Shown here one piece after another: positions 10,830 to 20,818 of a stretch of 51,502 bases of DNA. This stretch comes from Escherichia coli (lineage in GTDB: Bacteria > Pseudomonadota > Gammaproteobacteria > Enterobacterales > Enterobacteriaceae), in the NCBI RefSeq assembly GCF_003334255.1, contig NZ_QOWU01000037.1, one strand, 5' to 3'. Position 1 is the first letter of the stretch; each line of letters opens with the position of its first letter. The notes beneath the pieces were generated by a model. It was given only the letters and a program-made list of their open reading frames with translations. It had not been told where the DNA came from and did not search any database. The translations under genes and the position numbers were made by a program.

Positions 10830-11153
10830 TTAATTTCCAGAACCACGCGACATTGTAGAATCGCTTCCGGAGGTCTCTTCCGTCTCCAAGCCGGTAAAAA
10901 AACGCATTACAATCATGCCTGCCTTGAAAATATCCAGCTTCGTCATCTGCGCTGCAGACGAGCGCGGGATCCCGGCCAGAAGCGGGATATATTTCAGCGC
11001 TACCTGACTGTCCATTTTCATACCACCATCAGGTGAAACAGAGAAAGGGAACCCCAGCGCCTCAATCTCGTCATACGTAGGCTCACGTATTTCCAGCACA
11101 TGCAGTGTTTCTTTGTGGGCGATGATCGGTTTTTTAAGTACAAGCTCAATCAC
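10830..11153 (-). CDS. Tail assembly chaperone (short form); -1 frameshift-extended form predicted to ~10740
   Basis: 107 aa between tube and tape measure; slippery T_TTT_TTT within ORF; the -1 frame is open ~50 codons to the tape-measure start. Confidence 0.7.
   Translation of the reverse strand: MIELVLKKPIIAHKETLHVLEIREPTYDEIEALGFPFSVSPDGGMKMDSQVALKYIPLLAGIPRSSAAQMTKLDIFKAGMIVMRFFTGLETEETSGSDSTMSRGSGN
10896..10902 (-). other. Predicted -1 programmed ribosomal frameshift slippery heptamer (U UUU UUU on mRNA)
   Basis: A7 run on plus strand = T7 on coding strand, in X_XXY_YYZ phase (cg[t ttt ttt]acc encoding R-F-F-T). Confidence 0.6.
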
Positions 11154-11506
11154 TGGTAATCCCCTTCTTCACCGTGGAACTCAAGATCAACCGTGCCTTC
11201 TTCGGCATTATGGTTCGCTTCGCCGTGCAGCCAGGCAGACGACAGTACATAGACCTGACCGTTCGCCAGCTCGGCAGTGATGGTCATCTCATCAGACGAG
11301 GTGATTTTGCTCACCGGAAAATTCTTCGGCACCTTGAAGGTCCCTTTGACATAGGGCGCACGGTGAGTTTCCTTGCGGTCCACTGAACCGTCCAGGCCGA
11401 TGATGTCATCATTGACCGTCCTGTTCATGGGCACCTCAATGCCGCCGGTCAGCGATAGCTGCTGACCGTCAATTTTGAAATAACAGGTTCCCCCGATACG
11501 GGCCAT
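11150..11506 (-). CDS. Tail tube protein
   Basis: 118 aa directly downstream of sheath (ATGA overlap). Confidence 0.8.
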   Translation of the reverse strand: MARIGGTCYFKIDGQQLSLTGGIEVPMNRTVNDDIIGLDGSVDRKETHRAPYVKGTFKVPKNFPVSKITSSDEMTITAELANGQVYVLSSAWLHGEANHNAEEGTVDLEFHGEEGDYQ

Positions 11507-13002
11507 TATGCAGACTCCTCTGAATACTGAAGACGGAACTGGTTAACCACGGCAAAGACACGCAACTGGTTAACATAGTCAGGCGGGAACAGCGTGTTCA
11601 GGCGGTTCGGATCGCTGGCATCACGCTCCACAACCAGGTACTGCTTAAACAGTTCGTAGTTTTCCACGATCCCCGCACGCTCAAGCTGACGGTAGGTTGC
11701 CAGCAGTTCCCCTTTGATCACCGCCGGTGTGACAATCGCCTGACCGGGACCAAAGCGGGTACCGTCGCTGGCAAGCTTGTGACGCCCGTACTTACTGGTA
11801 ATGACGGATTTCAGTTTGCGCAGCACATACGCGCTGGTATGCAGCGTCTCGCTGTCGAGGTAGCTGTTATCCGCAACACCGTAAGCGTTTTTCCTGTACG
11901 TGGTGACATCACGCTGAATGCGCAGCACCCCGCTTTCGACATACGCCGTTGCCACGCCATGAGACAGCAGGGTCTGTTGTTCGGTCATCGTGAACCGTTT
12001 CCCCTTCGGCGCAGGCAGCATACCCACCAGCTCACCGGTCTGCGTGGGACGTGCCGGATCGTTGCGGATAAACACCGCTGCGCGGGCGGTACGGCTTGCC
12101 GCCAGCTCGTCGGCAGGCGTCTGGGTCTCTTTTTCGTATCCCGCCAGGGTAATGTGCTGCTGGTTAAACTGGTCACCTGCGGTCACCAGTTCTGACAGCG
12201 TGCCGATCTTTGCCGTATACACATGACCATACAGCTGACGCGCATAGCTCCAGCGACCGCTGGTATCGTTCATCTCGGTCACCAGCGTGTTAACGGAGGC
12301 TGTGTCGTTGAACGGCAGGCCGATATAATCAAACGGCTCATCCGCCATTGCAGCCACCGCGCCGGTGAGAACAGGAGCGCCCGTTCCGGCGGTACCCGTC
12401 GCCACGGCAATCTGTACGCCCGCTGGCAGCACTTCGCCCCCACCAAAGCCGTAGTAATTGAGGCTGACAGGAATTTCATTCCCGCAAAGCCCCTTATGAC
12501 GCGCGGTCAGTGTGACCACGCCTGCCGAAGATGAGGCAGTAAACGGCAGGGTCGGAACGGCATTGATGGCATCCTGGATACTGCTGGCAATCGTCGCAAC
12601 GTTATCGCCGTTGGTCACCGGTGCCTGCACGCGGGTACGTCCCACATAAACATTCACCGTGCCGGTTTCGGTTGCCGCGCCGGTCACCGTCAGCGTAACC
12701 GTTGCCGCCGCGCCCGTGGCTTCCGGAACGGCAATCACATACAGCTCGCCAAACGGGTCGGTCTGGCGATAAGCCTCGACCATACGCGCCAGCTGACTTC
12801 CCGCACCACAAATCTGGCGTGCATAGTCTGCCGACGGCATCAGCACCAGACTGTTGGCAACAATCTCTGCACCGTTATTGGCGTGACCAATCAGCAACGA
12901 TGCCCCGCTGTCCTGTGCAGTATTCGCCGCCTGGTTATCCATTTCCGCATAAAACAGCGGAACCAGCGTATTCGACGGAATGGTGTTAAAGCTTATCGTC
13001 AT
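11506..13002 (-). CDS. Tail sheath protein
   Basis: 498 aa; contractile-tail sheath size and position. Confidence 0.85.
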   Translation of the reverse strand: MTISFNTIPSNTLVPLFYAEMDNQAANTAQDSGASLLIGHANNGAEIVANSLVLMPSADYARQICGAGSQLARMVEAYRQTDPFGELYVIAVPEATGAAATVTLTVTGAATETGTVNVYVGRTRVQAPVTNGDNVATIASSIQDAINAVPTLPFTASSSAGVVTLTARHKGLCGNEIPVSLNYYGFGGGEVLPAGVQIAVATGTAGTGAPVLTGAVAAMADEPFDYIGLPFNDTASVNTLVTEMNDTSGRWSYARQLYGHVYTAKIGTLSELVTAGDQFNQQHITLAGYEKETQTPADELAASRTARAAVFIRNDPARPTQTGELVGMLPAPKGKRFTMTEQQTLLSHGVATAYVESGVLRIQRDVTTYRKNAYGVADNSYLDSETLHTSAYVLRKLKSVITSKYGRHKLASDGTRFGPGQAIVTPAVIKGELLATYRQLERAGIVENYELFKQYLVVERDASDPNRLNTLFPPDYVNQLRVFAVVNQFRLQYSEESA

Positions 13003-13156
13003 CGGTGTTCACCTTTTTATTCACGCGCCGGATATCACCCGCTGCTTCACGGCGCAGCCAGTAGTTGTTCTCATCAACATTTCGCCCTTCGGCGGGCAAA
13101 AGGTCGCCGCGGGCAGGGTCAGGCACTGACCGCCCTTTAACAGGTTTGACAAACAT
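12986..13156 (-). CDS. Small Mu-like tail-region ORF (56 aa, DUF2635-like)
   Basis: Hand-translated: MFVKPVKGRSVPDPARGDLLPAEGRNVDENNYWLRREAAGDIRRVNKKVNTDDDKL, stop overlaps sheath start. Confidence 0.4.
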   Translation of the reverse strand: MFVKPVKGRSVPDPARGDLLPAEGRNVDENNYWLRREAAGDIRRVNKKVNTDDDKL

Positions 13157-13164
13157 GAGGATCC

Positions 13165-13725
13165 TCAGGAAGGAAGGGTTATTTCGGTGTGATGTTCGAT
13201 ATCGCCGTCAGGCCCGTTACCGGGCTCGAGATAATCAACATCAATCGCCAGCGTTTGCAGTTCATCCAGACTGTTCAGATCATCCTGCTGGCGGGTATCG
13301 TCTTCAGTCAGCTCGCTGATGACCGAAAAATCGAACTGATAAATCAGCTCATGACGATTCAGATCCAGCAGCGTGCCGCCGTCATAGGTAATCGGGTTAC
13401 CGCACGCTTCCAGGTTCCAGCCCAGCAGGGCCTTAAAGAGCATCTGCCGGACATCGTCCACCACATCATACGAGGCAAACTGACCGCGCTCATCACGCCC
13501 GTTACTCAGTATGACAACCACGGAGAAGCCCTCTTTCAGCTCCTGCCAGTAGTCGGTCTGGCTTTTGTTTTCTCCCGGAGAGTCATCACCCGGTACCACA
13601 TACGCCGCCGGGAGTCTCAGCTTTCCGACCTCCGGCAGATTTTTGAACTGTGCCGCGCCTGCCACCCGGTTTTCAAAATACGGGCAGCGGGCACGCAGCG
13701 CAGCAATAACAGGCGTCAGTTTCAT
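13165..13725 (-). CDS. Tail completion/terminator-like protein (Mu gp37-like)
   Basis: 186 aa; synteny upstream of sheath. Confidence 0.5.
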   Translation of the reverse strand: MKLTPVIAALRARCPYFENRVAGAAQFKNLPEVGKLRLPAAYVVPGDDSPGENKSQTDYWQELKEGFSVVVILSNGRDERGQFASYDVVDDVRQMLFKALLGWNLEACGNPITYDGGTLLDLNRHELIYQFDFSVISELTEDDTRQQDDLNSLDELQTLAIDVDYLEPGNGPDGDIEHHTEITLPS

Positions 13726-14228
13726 CTGTGTCGTCGCTCCGGCTTCAGTGATTTACGCAATTCCCGCGCCAGAAAATAGCGTGTCCAGCTGCGGTTCTTT
13801 TCAAGCGCTTCCACCATGAAGTTATTACGTGGAGCCAGTCGCCAGCCGCTGCCACCGGATGCACCACGATGATGACTACGACGACGTTTTGCTCCTCCCC
13901 GGACACCAAAAAACAGAAACGCCGGATAGAAGTCACCAGAGATCATCCGGTTCCCCTTCCCGTTGCGCTGGTTAGGGGCAATGCGTGTCATAAAACCGGC
14001 TCGCTTTTTACTGGCTCTCGGCACCATATAACCAATCGAACGAGCCAGGCGTCCGGTCTGATAACCGGGGTTTTCACCCGGTGCCGACCGCGCACGGCGC
14101 ATCACCAGCCGACGGGCATCACGCATATGACGCTGCCCAATCGTGACAAACGCCCGCCGGACACGGGCGCGGTTAAAGCGCATCTCGGCGGGCTGCTGAA
14201 CATCAACGTGAAAAAAGGGAGTCGCCAT
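13722..14228 (-). CDS. Head-tail joining protein (HK97 gp10-like), basic
   Basis: 168 aa, Arg-rich; ATGA overlap with neighbours. Confidence 0.5.
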   Translation of the reverse strand: MATPFFHVDVQQPAEMRFNRARVRRAFVTIGQRHMRDARRLVMRRARSAPGENPGYQTGRLARSIGYMVPRASKKRAGFMTRIAPNQRNGKGNRMISGDFYPAFLFFGVRGGAKRRRSHHRGASGGSGWRLAPRNNFMVEALEKNRSWTRYFLARELRKSLKPERRHR

Positions 14229-14613
14229 TGCTGCCTCCGTGACTCTGCCTACATTCGCCCAGCTCCGTACACTCCAGCAGCAGAAAGCGCCGCGCCCCGT
14301 TCAGATCGCGCTGACGTTTCACCCGGTACACACTGTCACCGCAGACCACCTCATAATCAGCGGTGATCCCCCGGCGGTAACGAATGGTGATGTAATGGGT
14401 GATGGCGTCCCCGGTCTGCGCGGTTTCCTGCCAGGTGGTGGCACTGGTCTGGATAACCTTCGCCCATGTCCGGAACGTAACCGGGTATTGAGGCTCCACG
14501 CCAAAGTTATCCGCGGGCATATCCACCCGCAGGCGGATCAGGACGCGTTTATTCAGTTCACCGGGGTCCGGCAGAATGTAGGTTGCGCTGGTCTGCGCCT
14601 GACGAATTTTCAT
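14203..14613 (-). CDS. Head closure / head-tail adaptor protein
   Basis: 136 aa; position after gp6-like connector. Confidence 0.55.
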   Translation of the reverse strand: MKIRQAQTSATYILPDPGELNKRVLIRLRVDMPADNFGVEPQYPVTFRTWAKVIQTSATTWQETAQTGDAITHYITIRYRRGITADYEVVCGDSVYRVKRQRDLNGARRFLLLECTELGECRQSHGGSNGDSLFSR

Positions 14614-14933
14614 TGCGGAAAGTACCTGTACGGGCCGACAAGCCAGCCAAAACTCTGCGGCATGTCGAGTTTCTCCACTTCCGTAACCGACGAGCGGTTT
14701 TCGTAAAAATGGCTGATAAGCATCAGCATCCCCAGACGAATATCATCCGGCAGGTGCAGCCCGTCCGGATCGCTCTCCGGAATGGTTTCATCCGGTGCAT
14801 AGAGCTTCCGGTTCAGATACGTTTCCGTCCGCTTTTGCGCCGCACAGGCCAGCAGTTGCAGATGGCGGTCATCAGCATCGAAATCCTCATCCAGCCGGAG
14901 TTGGGCTTTAATCTCTTCCATTGTCAGAAGCAT
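14610..14933 (-). CDS. Head-tail connector (gp6-like DNA-packaging protein)
   Basis: 107 aa; typical size and position after capsid. Confidence 0.65.
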   Translation of the reverse strand: MLLTMEEIKAQLRLDEDFDADDRHLQLLACAAQKRTETYLNRKLYAPDETIPESDPDGLHLPDDIRLGMLMLISHFYENRSSVTEVEKLDMPQSFGWLVGPYRYFPQ

Positions 14934-14935
14934 AC

Positions 14936-15136
14936 TCAGCCCTCTTTACTGGTCGTGGCTTTTTTCTCTTTTGCCGCTTTACTGCTTTTTGCACTGGTTC
15001 CGCGCTCTGCTAACCCGGCCTGAAGTGCAATCTCCTGCACCCGGGCAGGAAGCGCCCCGTCGTCATACTCACCGGCCCGAATGACCTCAACACGCATACC
15101 GTCCGGTGACCATTTCAGATCTTGTTTCAGGATCAT
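14936..15136 (-). CDS. Small hypothetical head-region protein
   Basis: 66 aa, Lys/Ala-rich C-terminus. Confidence 0.4.
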   Translation of the reverse strand: MILKQDLKWSPDGMRVEVIRAGEYDDGALPARVQEIALQAGLAERGTSAKSSKAAKEKKATTSKEG

Positions 15137-15185
15137 GATTCTTCACCCGTCAGAACAGGGGGCGCGGTTCCGCGCCCCTGAGTGA

Positions 15186-16391
15186 TTACGCCGCTGCAAT
15201 CTTCAGCAGTTTGATGGCCTGCGAATCGACCAGCATCCCGCCGGTGCGCTTGGTGGTATAAAAACCGACAAACGGTTTATTGGTGTACGGGTCACGCAGA
15301 ATGCGGGTGCCGATACGGTCAACGATGGTGTAACCCCGTTTGAAGTTACCAAATGCAATGGCTTTCGCATCAGCGGCGATATCCGGCATCTGTTCGTTTT
15401 CAGCGATACCGTAACCCGCCAGAGAGGACGGCTGCCCCAGTTCCAGCCCCGGACGCCACAGATAGTTACCCTCGGTGTCTTTCAGCAGACGGATGGCAAA
15501 CAGGCTGTTGTTGTTCATCATGAACTTCGCGCCAGTGCGGTGTGCCTTACGCAGCGTGTAAATCAGTTTGATAATGGCGTCTGCGGTCACCGCGGTCGCT
15601 TCGCCGGATACAATATGCTGAAGTTTGCCGAACGCCCGGACCTTGTCGGTTTCATCAGTGGATTCATACGCCAGGAACCCTTTCGGCTTCTTGGTGCCAT
15701 CGCCTGAGGTAAAGGCAATTTCTTCCTGTTCGGCAAATTCGGTTGCCAGCTCGCTGTTGATCCAGGCCTCCACGTTGAAGAAGGCATCGTCCAGCATTTT
15801 CTGGGTAGCCTGCGGGTTGCCGTAGATTTCCCCCATGAGAGGTTCAATCAGCTCCAGTCTGGAGGTGGCAGTCTGGGATCGCGTATCCGTTTCCCCCACC
15901 CATCCGGAAGCCGTACCGCCCAGATTCACCAGTTTTTTGTAGTCGGAACCGCCAACGGTGATCACCGTGGCTTCCTGACGCATCACCACTTCATCTTTCA
16001 GCAGGTTAAGAATGTTGCGATCCAGTTCTTCCGGCACGGCGTAGCCACCGTCTTCATCGGTACCCACCTGCAATGCCTTACGCTCCAGATCGCGCAGACC
16101 GTCTTCACGGCCTTTACGTAGAAAGCCCACAAACGCCTCTTTATGCTCGGTGGCCAGTTTATTTTGCGCTCCACCTGCCGGACGTTTCAGCTCAAGCAGC
16201 TCTTTTTCAAGGTCGCTTTTGAGATTTTCCAGCTCGCTGAGTTTCCCGTTCAGGGTTTCCACCTGCCCGGCAAGCTTGCCTTTTTCCTGCTCAATCGCAT
16301 CCACGCGCTTGTCGTTCTTTGCTTTGAAGTCGTCAAACTTCTGCTGCAGCTCCTGCGCGACCTGTTCGACATCTTTAATATCAACCGCCAT
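15186..16391 (-). CDS. Major capsid protein, HK97 family
   Basis: 401 aa; follows prohead protease; coiled-coil N-terminal delta-domain-like segment (LNGKLSELENLKSDLEKELLELK). Confidence 0.9.
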   Translation of the reverse strand: MAVDIKDVEQVAQELQQKFDDFKAKNDKRVDAIEQEKGKLAGQVETLNGKLSELENLKSDLEKELLELKRPAGGAQNKLATEHKEAFVGFLRKGREDGLRDLERKALQVGTDEDGGYAVPEELDRNILNLLKDEVVMRQEATVITVGGSDYKKLVNLGGTASGWVGETDTRSQTATSRLELIEPLMGEIYGNPQATQKMLDDAFFNVEAWINSELATEFAEQEEIAFTSGDGTKKPKGFLAYESTDETDKVRAFGKLQHIVSGEATAVTADAIIKLIYTLRKAHRTGAKFMMNNNSLFAIRLLKDTEGNYLWRPGLELGQPSSLAGYGIAENEQMPDIAADAKAIAFGNFKRGYTIVDRIGTRILRDPYTNKPFVGFYTTKRTGGMLVDSQAIKLLKIAAA

Positions 16392-16405
16392 CGTATTTCT
16401 CCTGA

Positions 16406-17092
16406 TTAGAAGTTCAGATTTTTCAGTGCATTCAGTGCAGAGCCCACATCCTCAGCGTCGCGCAGGGACAGTGCGCCATAGCCCCCGGCCATGAATGCTT
16501 TGGCCTGGGTACGGGAGAGTCCGACATCACGCAGGACTCTTTCGATTTTTTTCTGTTCGGGGATTTCCCCGCGGGCCAGCGCGTTCTTGACGTCGCTGAT
16601 CCGCGCCTCGTCGTTAGACGGAAACGTCACCAGACTGACTTCCCAGAGGTCGATTTCTTTCAACAGAAAGGCTTCTTTGCTCCGGTCGTATTCCCAGTCT
16701 TTCAGGACGTACCCAATAGAAAGGCCGGTTAACGAACCGGCCTTCATGTGTGCATGTGCGCGTTTTGCGAGGGGATCATCATCAATAAGCAACCGTCCCC
16801 TGACGTAAAGCCCGACATCGTCTTCCTTCATTTCGGTGTAAACACCGATGGGTTCATCCATGCGGTGCTGCCAGAGCAGCGCAGGTAACGCTTTTCTGTC
16901 ACTCCACGCCCGCAGGGAAGCAGCAAATGCCCCGGACATCACCACATCATCGTGGCTGTCCTTTACACCAAAGACGGAGCCATACCCTTCAAACTCACCG
17001 GAGTCACTGACAGATTTCAGACTCAGCGGTACATCAAGACGTTGTTTCGTCTGCATTGGCGTTATCCTTCTGCTTACCGGCTTTACTGCCAT
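16406..17092 (-). CDS. Prohead protease, HK97 family
   Basis: 228 aa; between portal and capsid. Confidence 0.8.
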   Translation of the reverse strand: MAVKPVSRRITPMQTKQRLDVPLSLKSVSDSGEFEGYGSVFGVKDSHDDVVMSGAFAASLRAWSDRKALPALLWQHRMDEPIGVYTEMKEDDVGLYVRGRLLIDDDPLAKRAHAHMKAGSLTGLSIGYVLKDWEYDRSKEAFLLKEIDLWEVSLVTFPSNDEARISDVKNALARGEIPEQKKIERVLRDVGLSRTQAKAFMAGGYGALSLRDAEDVGSALNALKNLNF

Positions 17093-18275
17093 CGGAGGGT
17101 TTCGTGGTCATGTTCATCGGTGTGAGATAGACATCCCCACCGGGACGCGGATTCATATCTTCCAGGTCGCGGCAGTCATTGGGAGAGTAAATTCCCCAGT
17201 TAATCCCGGTGGCGTAGGCTTCAAAACGGGACTTCATATCCCCGCGCAGTAACGCCCCGGCGTTAAATTTGGCGTAATAAACGCCCTGCTTACTTTTTCG
17301 TACCAGTCCGGTGTTGATCCGCTGCTCAATGCGGGTCAGATACGGCACCAGTGAATAGTTGATAAATCCCAGCCCCAGTTCTTCGATATTGTTGAAGGTG
17401 GCGCGATCGGTGTTCTGCACCATGTGCAATGGCACACGGAACAGACGACAGATTTCTTCAAGCTGAAACTTGCGGGTTTCCAGGAACTGGCTGTCCTCGG
17501 CGTTCAGCGCCATCGACTTCCAGTCCAGCCCCATCTCAAGGATCATCGGGCGGTGAGCATTACCAAGCCCGGTGTGACGCTCCTCAAAATCTTTCTTCAG
17601 ACGCTCATAAGCCTGATCCGACAGCGTCTGCTCTGTACGCAACACACCGGACGTCACCGCACCATTGCTGAACAGTCTGGCCCCGTGCTCTTCGGTCGCA
17701 GCTGCCAGCGATATTGCCTCGCGGGCATAGGCGATGGGATTCAGTCCCACCAGACCGTCCAGCGTTAGCGTGCGCACATGCCAGATATCTTCCTGGCTCA
17801 GTACATCCGTGGAGCCGTCCGGGAATGTGACCTGGTAAACCGGTTCCCAGCTACTGTTAAGCTTCGGTACCACACAACCTGGGTCGACGGGCAGCAGTTC
17901 AGCCACTTCGCCAAATGCTTTCACTTTGTAGGCGTAAAAGTTTCCCCGCAGGCACAGACAGGTGACCACCAGCTCCCAGAACTCCTGCGGCGTCATATAG
18001 CCATTGGGATGCGTGGAGATCAGCTTATGCAGACGTTCGCCGGTGGCTCTCTGTTTCAGGCTGCCGTTCAGGTGATACAGGTTGCAGGGCAACATCCCGA
18101 CCGACTCCGCCAGCACCCTGACGCAGGAAAAAACCGCCGTCAGTCGCATGGCCCGCTGGCTGCTGATCTGCTTTCCGGTATAGGTGTCATATGACAGCCC
18201 GATAGCATCCGCCAGCTCTGCTGGCGTGGTCACCGGTGCGTCACTTTTTCGTTGAAATAATCCCGAAAAGAACAC
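17034..18275 (-). CDS. Portal protein, HK97 family
   Basis: 413 aa; downstream of TerL. Confidence 0.85.
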   Translation of the reverse strand: MFFSGLFQRKSDAPVTTPAELADAIGLSYDTYTGKQISSQRAMRLTAVFSCVRVLAESVGMLPCNLYHLNGSLKQRATGERLHKLISTHPNGYMTPQEFWELVVTCLCLRGNFYAYKVKAFGEVAELLPVDPGCVVPKLNSSWEPVYQVTFPDGSTDVLSQEDIWHVRTLTLDGLVGLNPIAYAREAISLAAATEEHGARLFSNGAVTSGVLRTEQTLSDQAYERLKKDFEERHTGLGNAHRPMILEMGLDWKSMALNAEDSQFLETRKFQLEEICRLFRVPLHMVQNTDRATFNNIEELGLGFINYSLVPYLTRIEQRINTGLVRKSKQGVYYAKFNAGALLRGDMKSRFEAYATGINWGIYSPNDCRDLEDMNPRPGGDVYLTPMNMTTKPSDGSKAGKQKDNANADETTS

Positions 18276-18457
18276 TATTTACCTCCGCCGACAGACGGCT
18301 GTGTACGGTCGAGATATCGCGCCACCAGCCACGACCAGAACAGGCACAGCGCCCCGGCAACAACAAACCCCGCCGGGGGATAAATCAGCCAGGCACCATA
18401 CGCCAGCAAAAGCGCACCCAGCACGCCCACCAGAGGCGCGAGAATCAGCATGATCAT
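18275..18457 (-). CDS. Small two-TM membrane protein between terL and portal
   Basis: 60 aa, two hydrophobic helices ([23 protein letters not shown] / [16 protein letters not shown]). Confidence 0.4.
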   Translation of the reverse strand: MIMLILAPLVGVLGALLLAYGAWLIYPPAGFVVAGALCLFWSWLVARYLDRTQPSVGGGK

Positions 18458-18468
18458 AATTACCTCAG

Positions 18469-20202
18469 TTAAAGCGAGCGGATCCCGTAGGACTCAATGT
18501 GATCAGACAGCGTGTCTTCTTTCTCGTACAGCATGGCTCTGCCAACCGCCATAATCAGCGCAACTGCACCATCAATTTTGTTTTCCGCCTGCTCCTTGAC
18601 GGGCTTCACCACATCATCGTTACCCGGAATGGTTTTGCCGACCACGTTGCCGATACACCAGGTCATGATGGGATTGCCGTCATGATGAAAACGCCCCGAT
18701 TCAATTGCCGCTTCCAGCTCTTTCATCGGGTCGGACATGTTGGTGTAGTTCTGAATGATGGTGATGGGGTTCAGGTCTTCATCCGCAAGGTCATGCGACA
18801 GCCCGGTCGCCCCGAAGGGGTCGATGGGTGACTCACTGACCGGGCTGATTTTGTTCGCCGCTTTGGCCTCCTCGAGGATGTAGCGATAATCCACCTCCGC
18901 ACCATCGGTAACGGTCAGAACGCCCATTTCCACCCATTTCTGAAAGCGCTCGGCTGTCCGGCGATCTTCATTTTTCTCGACGCTGTACACCGTGTCATAC
19001 GGTACCCAGAAGCGCGGAGCCACACTGTAGTAATGCGTTTTACCGTCAATCTCGCGGGTATAAAGTCGCGCCATACTGTTCATATCCAGCTTACGCGCCA
19101 GGTCAAAGGCCAGAATGCACGGCTGCCCCTCAAACTGCTCAAGGGTCAGTGATTTATTCTCGCAGCTCTGCCAGCTCACCAGGTTGAAATACGCCGAACG
19201 CGCCGACACCCAGATATTGAGGTGTTTTGTTTTAAAGACGTTTGCCAGACGGGCGTTATTTTTCGCACGTTGCTGCTGGCTTAACAAAAACTCGCGATAA
19301 ACCGACACACCGATATTCGGGTTAGCTTTTTCAAGTACCTGCGGGTCGGTCCAGTCGTCGCCTTCGTCAACGGTATAGATGATCCCGAACAGTTCATCGT
19401 TGGGCACCGAGCCGTTGAGCATCTCGATGACTTCCCGCCGTTTGTCGTAGCACGGCCCCTCAATGTTGTACCCGGCGGTGGTAATGGCCCACATCAGTGG
19501 CTGGCGTCGCGCCCCCATCCCGGTAAGCATCGTGGTGTAAAGCGCATCTGTGGCGTGCTCGTGATATTCATCCACCACGGCACAGTGGGGTGATGAACCA
19601 TCACCAGGGTTACCGATCAGCGGTTCAAACCGCGCACCATCCTCCGGACGGTTCATGTTTGAGGCGTTAACCTCAATCCCGAACGCTTCCGTCAGCATGG
19701 GTGTGCGTTTACACATCAGTCGTGCCGGACGAAAGACTTCCCATGCCTGTTTCTCCGTCGTGGCACCGGAATACACTTCCGCGCCGAACTCGTTATCACA
19801 GGCAAAACAATACAGGGCAACACCGGCAGAGATTGCCGATTTGCCGTTCTTACGGGGAATTTCGGTATACACCTCCCGGAAGCGGCGCAACCGGGTGCCT
19901 TTATTGACCCAGCCAAACGCACAGCAGATCACAAAGAGCTGCCACGGCTCCAGCGTGATGGGCATCCGTTTAAATGCCCACTCACCCTTGGTGTGCGGCA
20001 ACAGCTGAATAAATTTCGCGGCCCGTTCAGCCAGGTCCTTGTCGAAGCGGTAACGAAACGACTTACTTTTTTCCTCCATCAGGTCATCAAGATGGCGCTG
20101 GCAGGCCTGAATCACAAACTGGCAGGCCACAATCTTTCCGCGCACGACATCACGGGCATACTGATTGGCAGCATTTACGTTGGGGTAAGATTTCCGGCTC
20201 AT
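18469..20202 (-). CDS. Terminase large subunit
   Basis: 577 aa; Walker A-like region and C-terminal nuclease domain; ATGA coupled to terS. Confidence 0.9.
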   Translation of the reverse strand: MSRKSYPNVNAANQYARDVVRGKIVACQFVIQACQRHLDDLMEEKSKSFRYRFDKDLAERAAKFIQLLPHTKGEWAFKRMPITLEPWQLFVICCAFGWVNKGTRLRRFREVYTEIPRKNGKSAISAGVALYCFACDNEFGAEVYSGATTEKQAWEVFRPARLMCKRTPMLTEAFGIEVNASNMNRPEDGARFEPLIGNPGDGSSPHCAVVDEYHEHATDALYTTMLTGMGARRQPLMWAITTAGYNIEGPCYDKRREVIEMLNGSVPNDELFGIIYTVDEGDDWTDPQVLEKANPNIGVSVYREFLLSQQQRAKNNARLANVFKTKHLNIWVSARSAYFNLVSWQSCENKSLTLEQFEGQPCILAFDLARKLDMNSMARLYTREIDGKTHYYSVAPRFWVPYDTVYSVEKNEDRRTAERFQKWVEMGVLTVTDGAEVDYRYILEEAKAANKISPVSESPIDPFGATGLSHDLADEDLNPITIIQNYTNMSDPMKELEAAIESGRFHHDGNPIMTWCIGNVVGKTIPGNDDVVKPVKEQAENKIDGAVALIMAVGRAMLYEKEDTLSDHIESYGIRSL

Positions 20203-20702
20203 GATTCGATGATTTTCAGAAACGGGTTAGTGGCTTTCTTCTGCCCCGCCAGGCCAATCAGACGCTGGCGGCTGCTGGGGTCGAGTCCGAGCATTGCCCC
20301 CGTACTGCTCATCTCGGACTCCTGTTCTTTTTTGGCGGTCAGCTCCGGATTTTTGACCATACCGCCCATTGCACCGGTGATGGTGTTGCCCTGTCTGGCA
20401 ATATTTTTCACGGCACGTCGCCAGAACTCGTAGGCCACGCACCACCGCTCAAGCACCGCGAGGTCAGTCACGCACAGCAGACCCTGACCGCAGAGTTCTT
20501 TAGTTGTCAGTTGCCACATGATCGTAGCGAGAGGGAGATCTTCTTCAGCGAACCACTCCGGTGGCTCAACACCTTTGATGGGCGTAAAAACAGGTTCATC
20601 TTTATTCAGGGCTCGCTTGCCGGGGTTTCCGGCCAGCGCCTTGCGCGCCGTTGGCTTGGGGCGACGCCCGGAACGCCCCGCCGTTCCAGCCATATGCGGC
20701 AC
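20199..20702 (-). CDS. Terminase small subunit, P27 family
   Basis: 167 aa; basic N-terminus; paired with HNH endonuclease as in HK97-like cos phages. Confidence 0.8.
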   Translation of the reverse strand: MPHMAGTAGRSGRRPKPTARKALAGNPGKRALNKDEPVFTPIKGVEPPEWFAEEDLPLATIMWQLTTKELCGQGLLCVTDLAVLERWCVAYEFWRRAVKNIARQGNTITGAMGGMVKNPELTAKKEQESEMSSTGAMLGLDPSSRQRLIGLAGQKKATNPFLKIIES

Positions 20703-20743
20703 TCCTGGTTAAATTTCATTTTTCGCGGGTATAAAAAAACGAT

Positions 20744-20792
20744 GGGGCGGGCAGTCCGGAAGACGTCAGGTCACAGAGATTTGACCCGCCCC
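20744..20792. other. Candidate cos region: GC-rich inverted repeat GGGGCGGG ... CCCGCCCC
   Basis: 8-bp inverted arms 33 bp apart in the 116-bp HNH-terS intergenic gap, the position of cos in HK97-like genomes. Confidence 0.3.
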
Positions 20793-20818
20793 TCCCCTCA
20801 GACAGTTGAGAATTATTA

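Noticed and set aside
7588-14706. Numerous 60-196-aa ORFs antisense to tail and head genes (e.g. 7588..8085, 9817..10242, 11779..12195, 13189..13779, 13869..14366, 14239..14706)
   Set aside because: Each lies wholly inside a longer ORF that fits Mu/HK97 synteny with translational coupling. High-GC coding DNA generates long antisense ORFs, and none has a plausible RBS.
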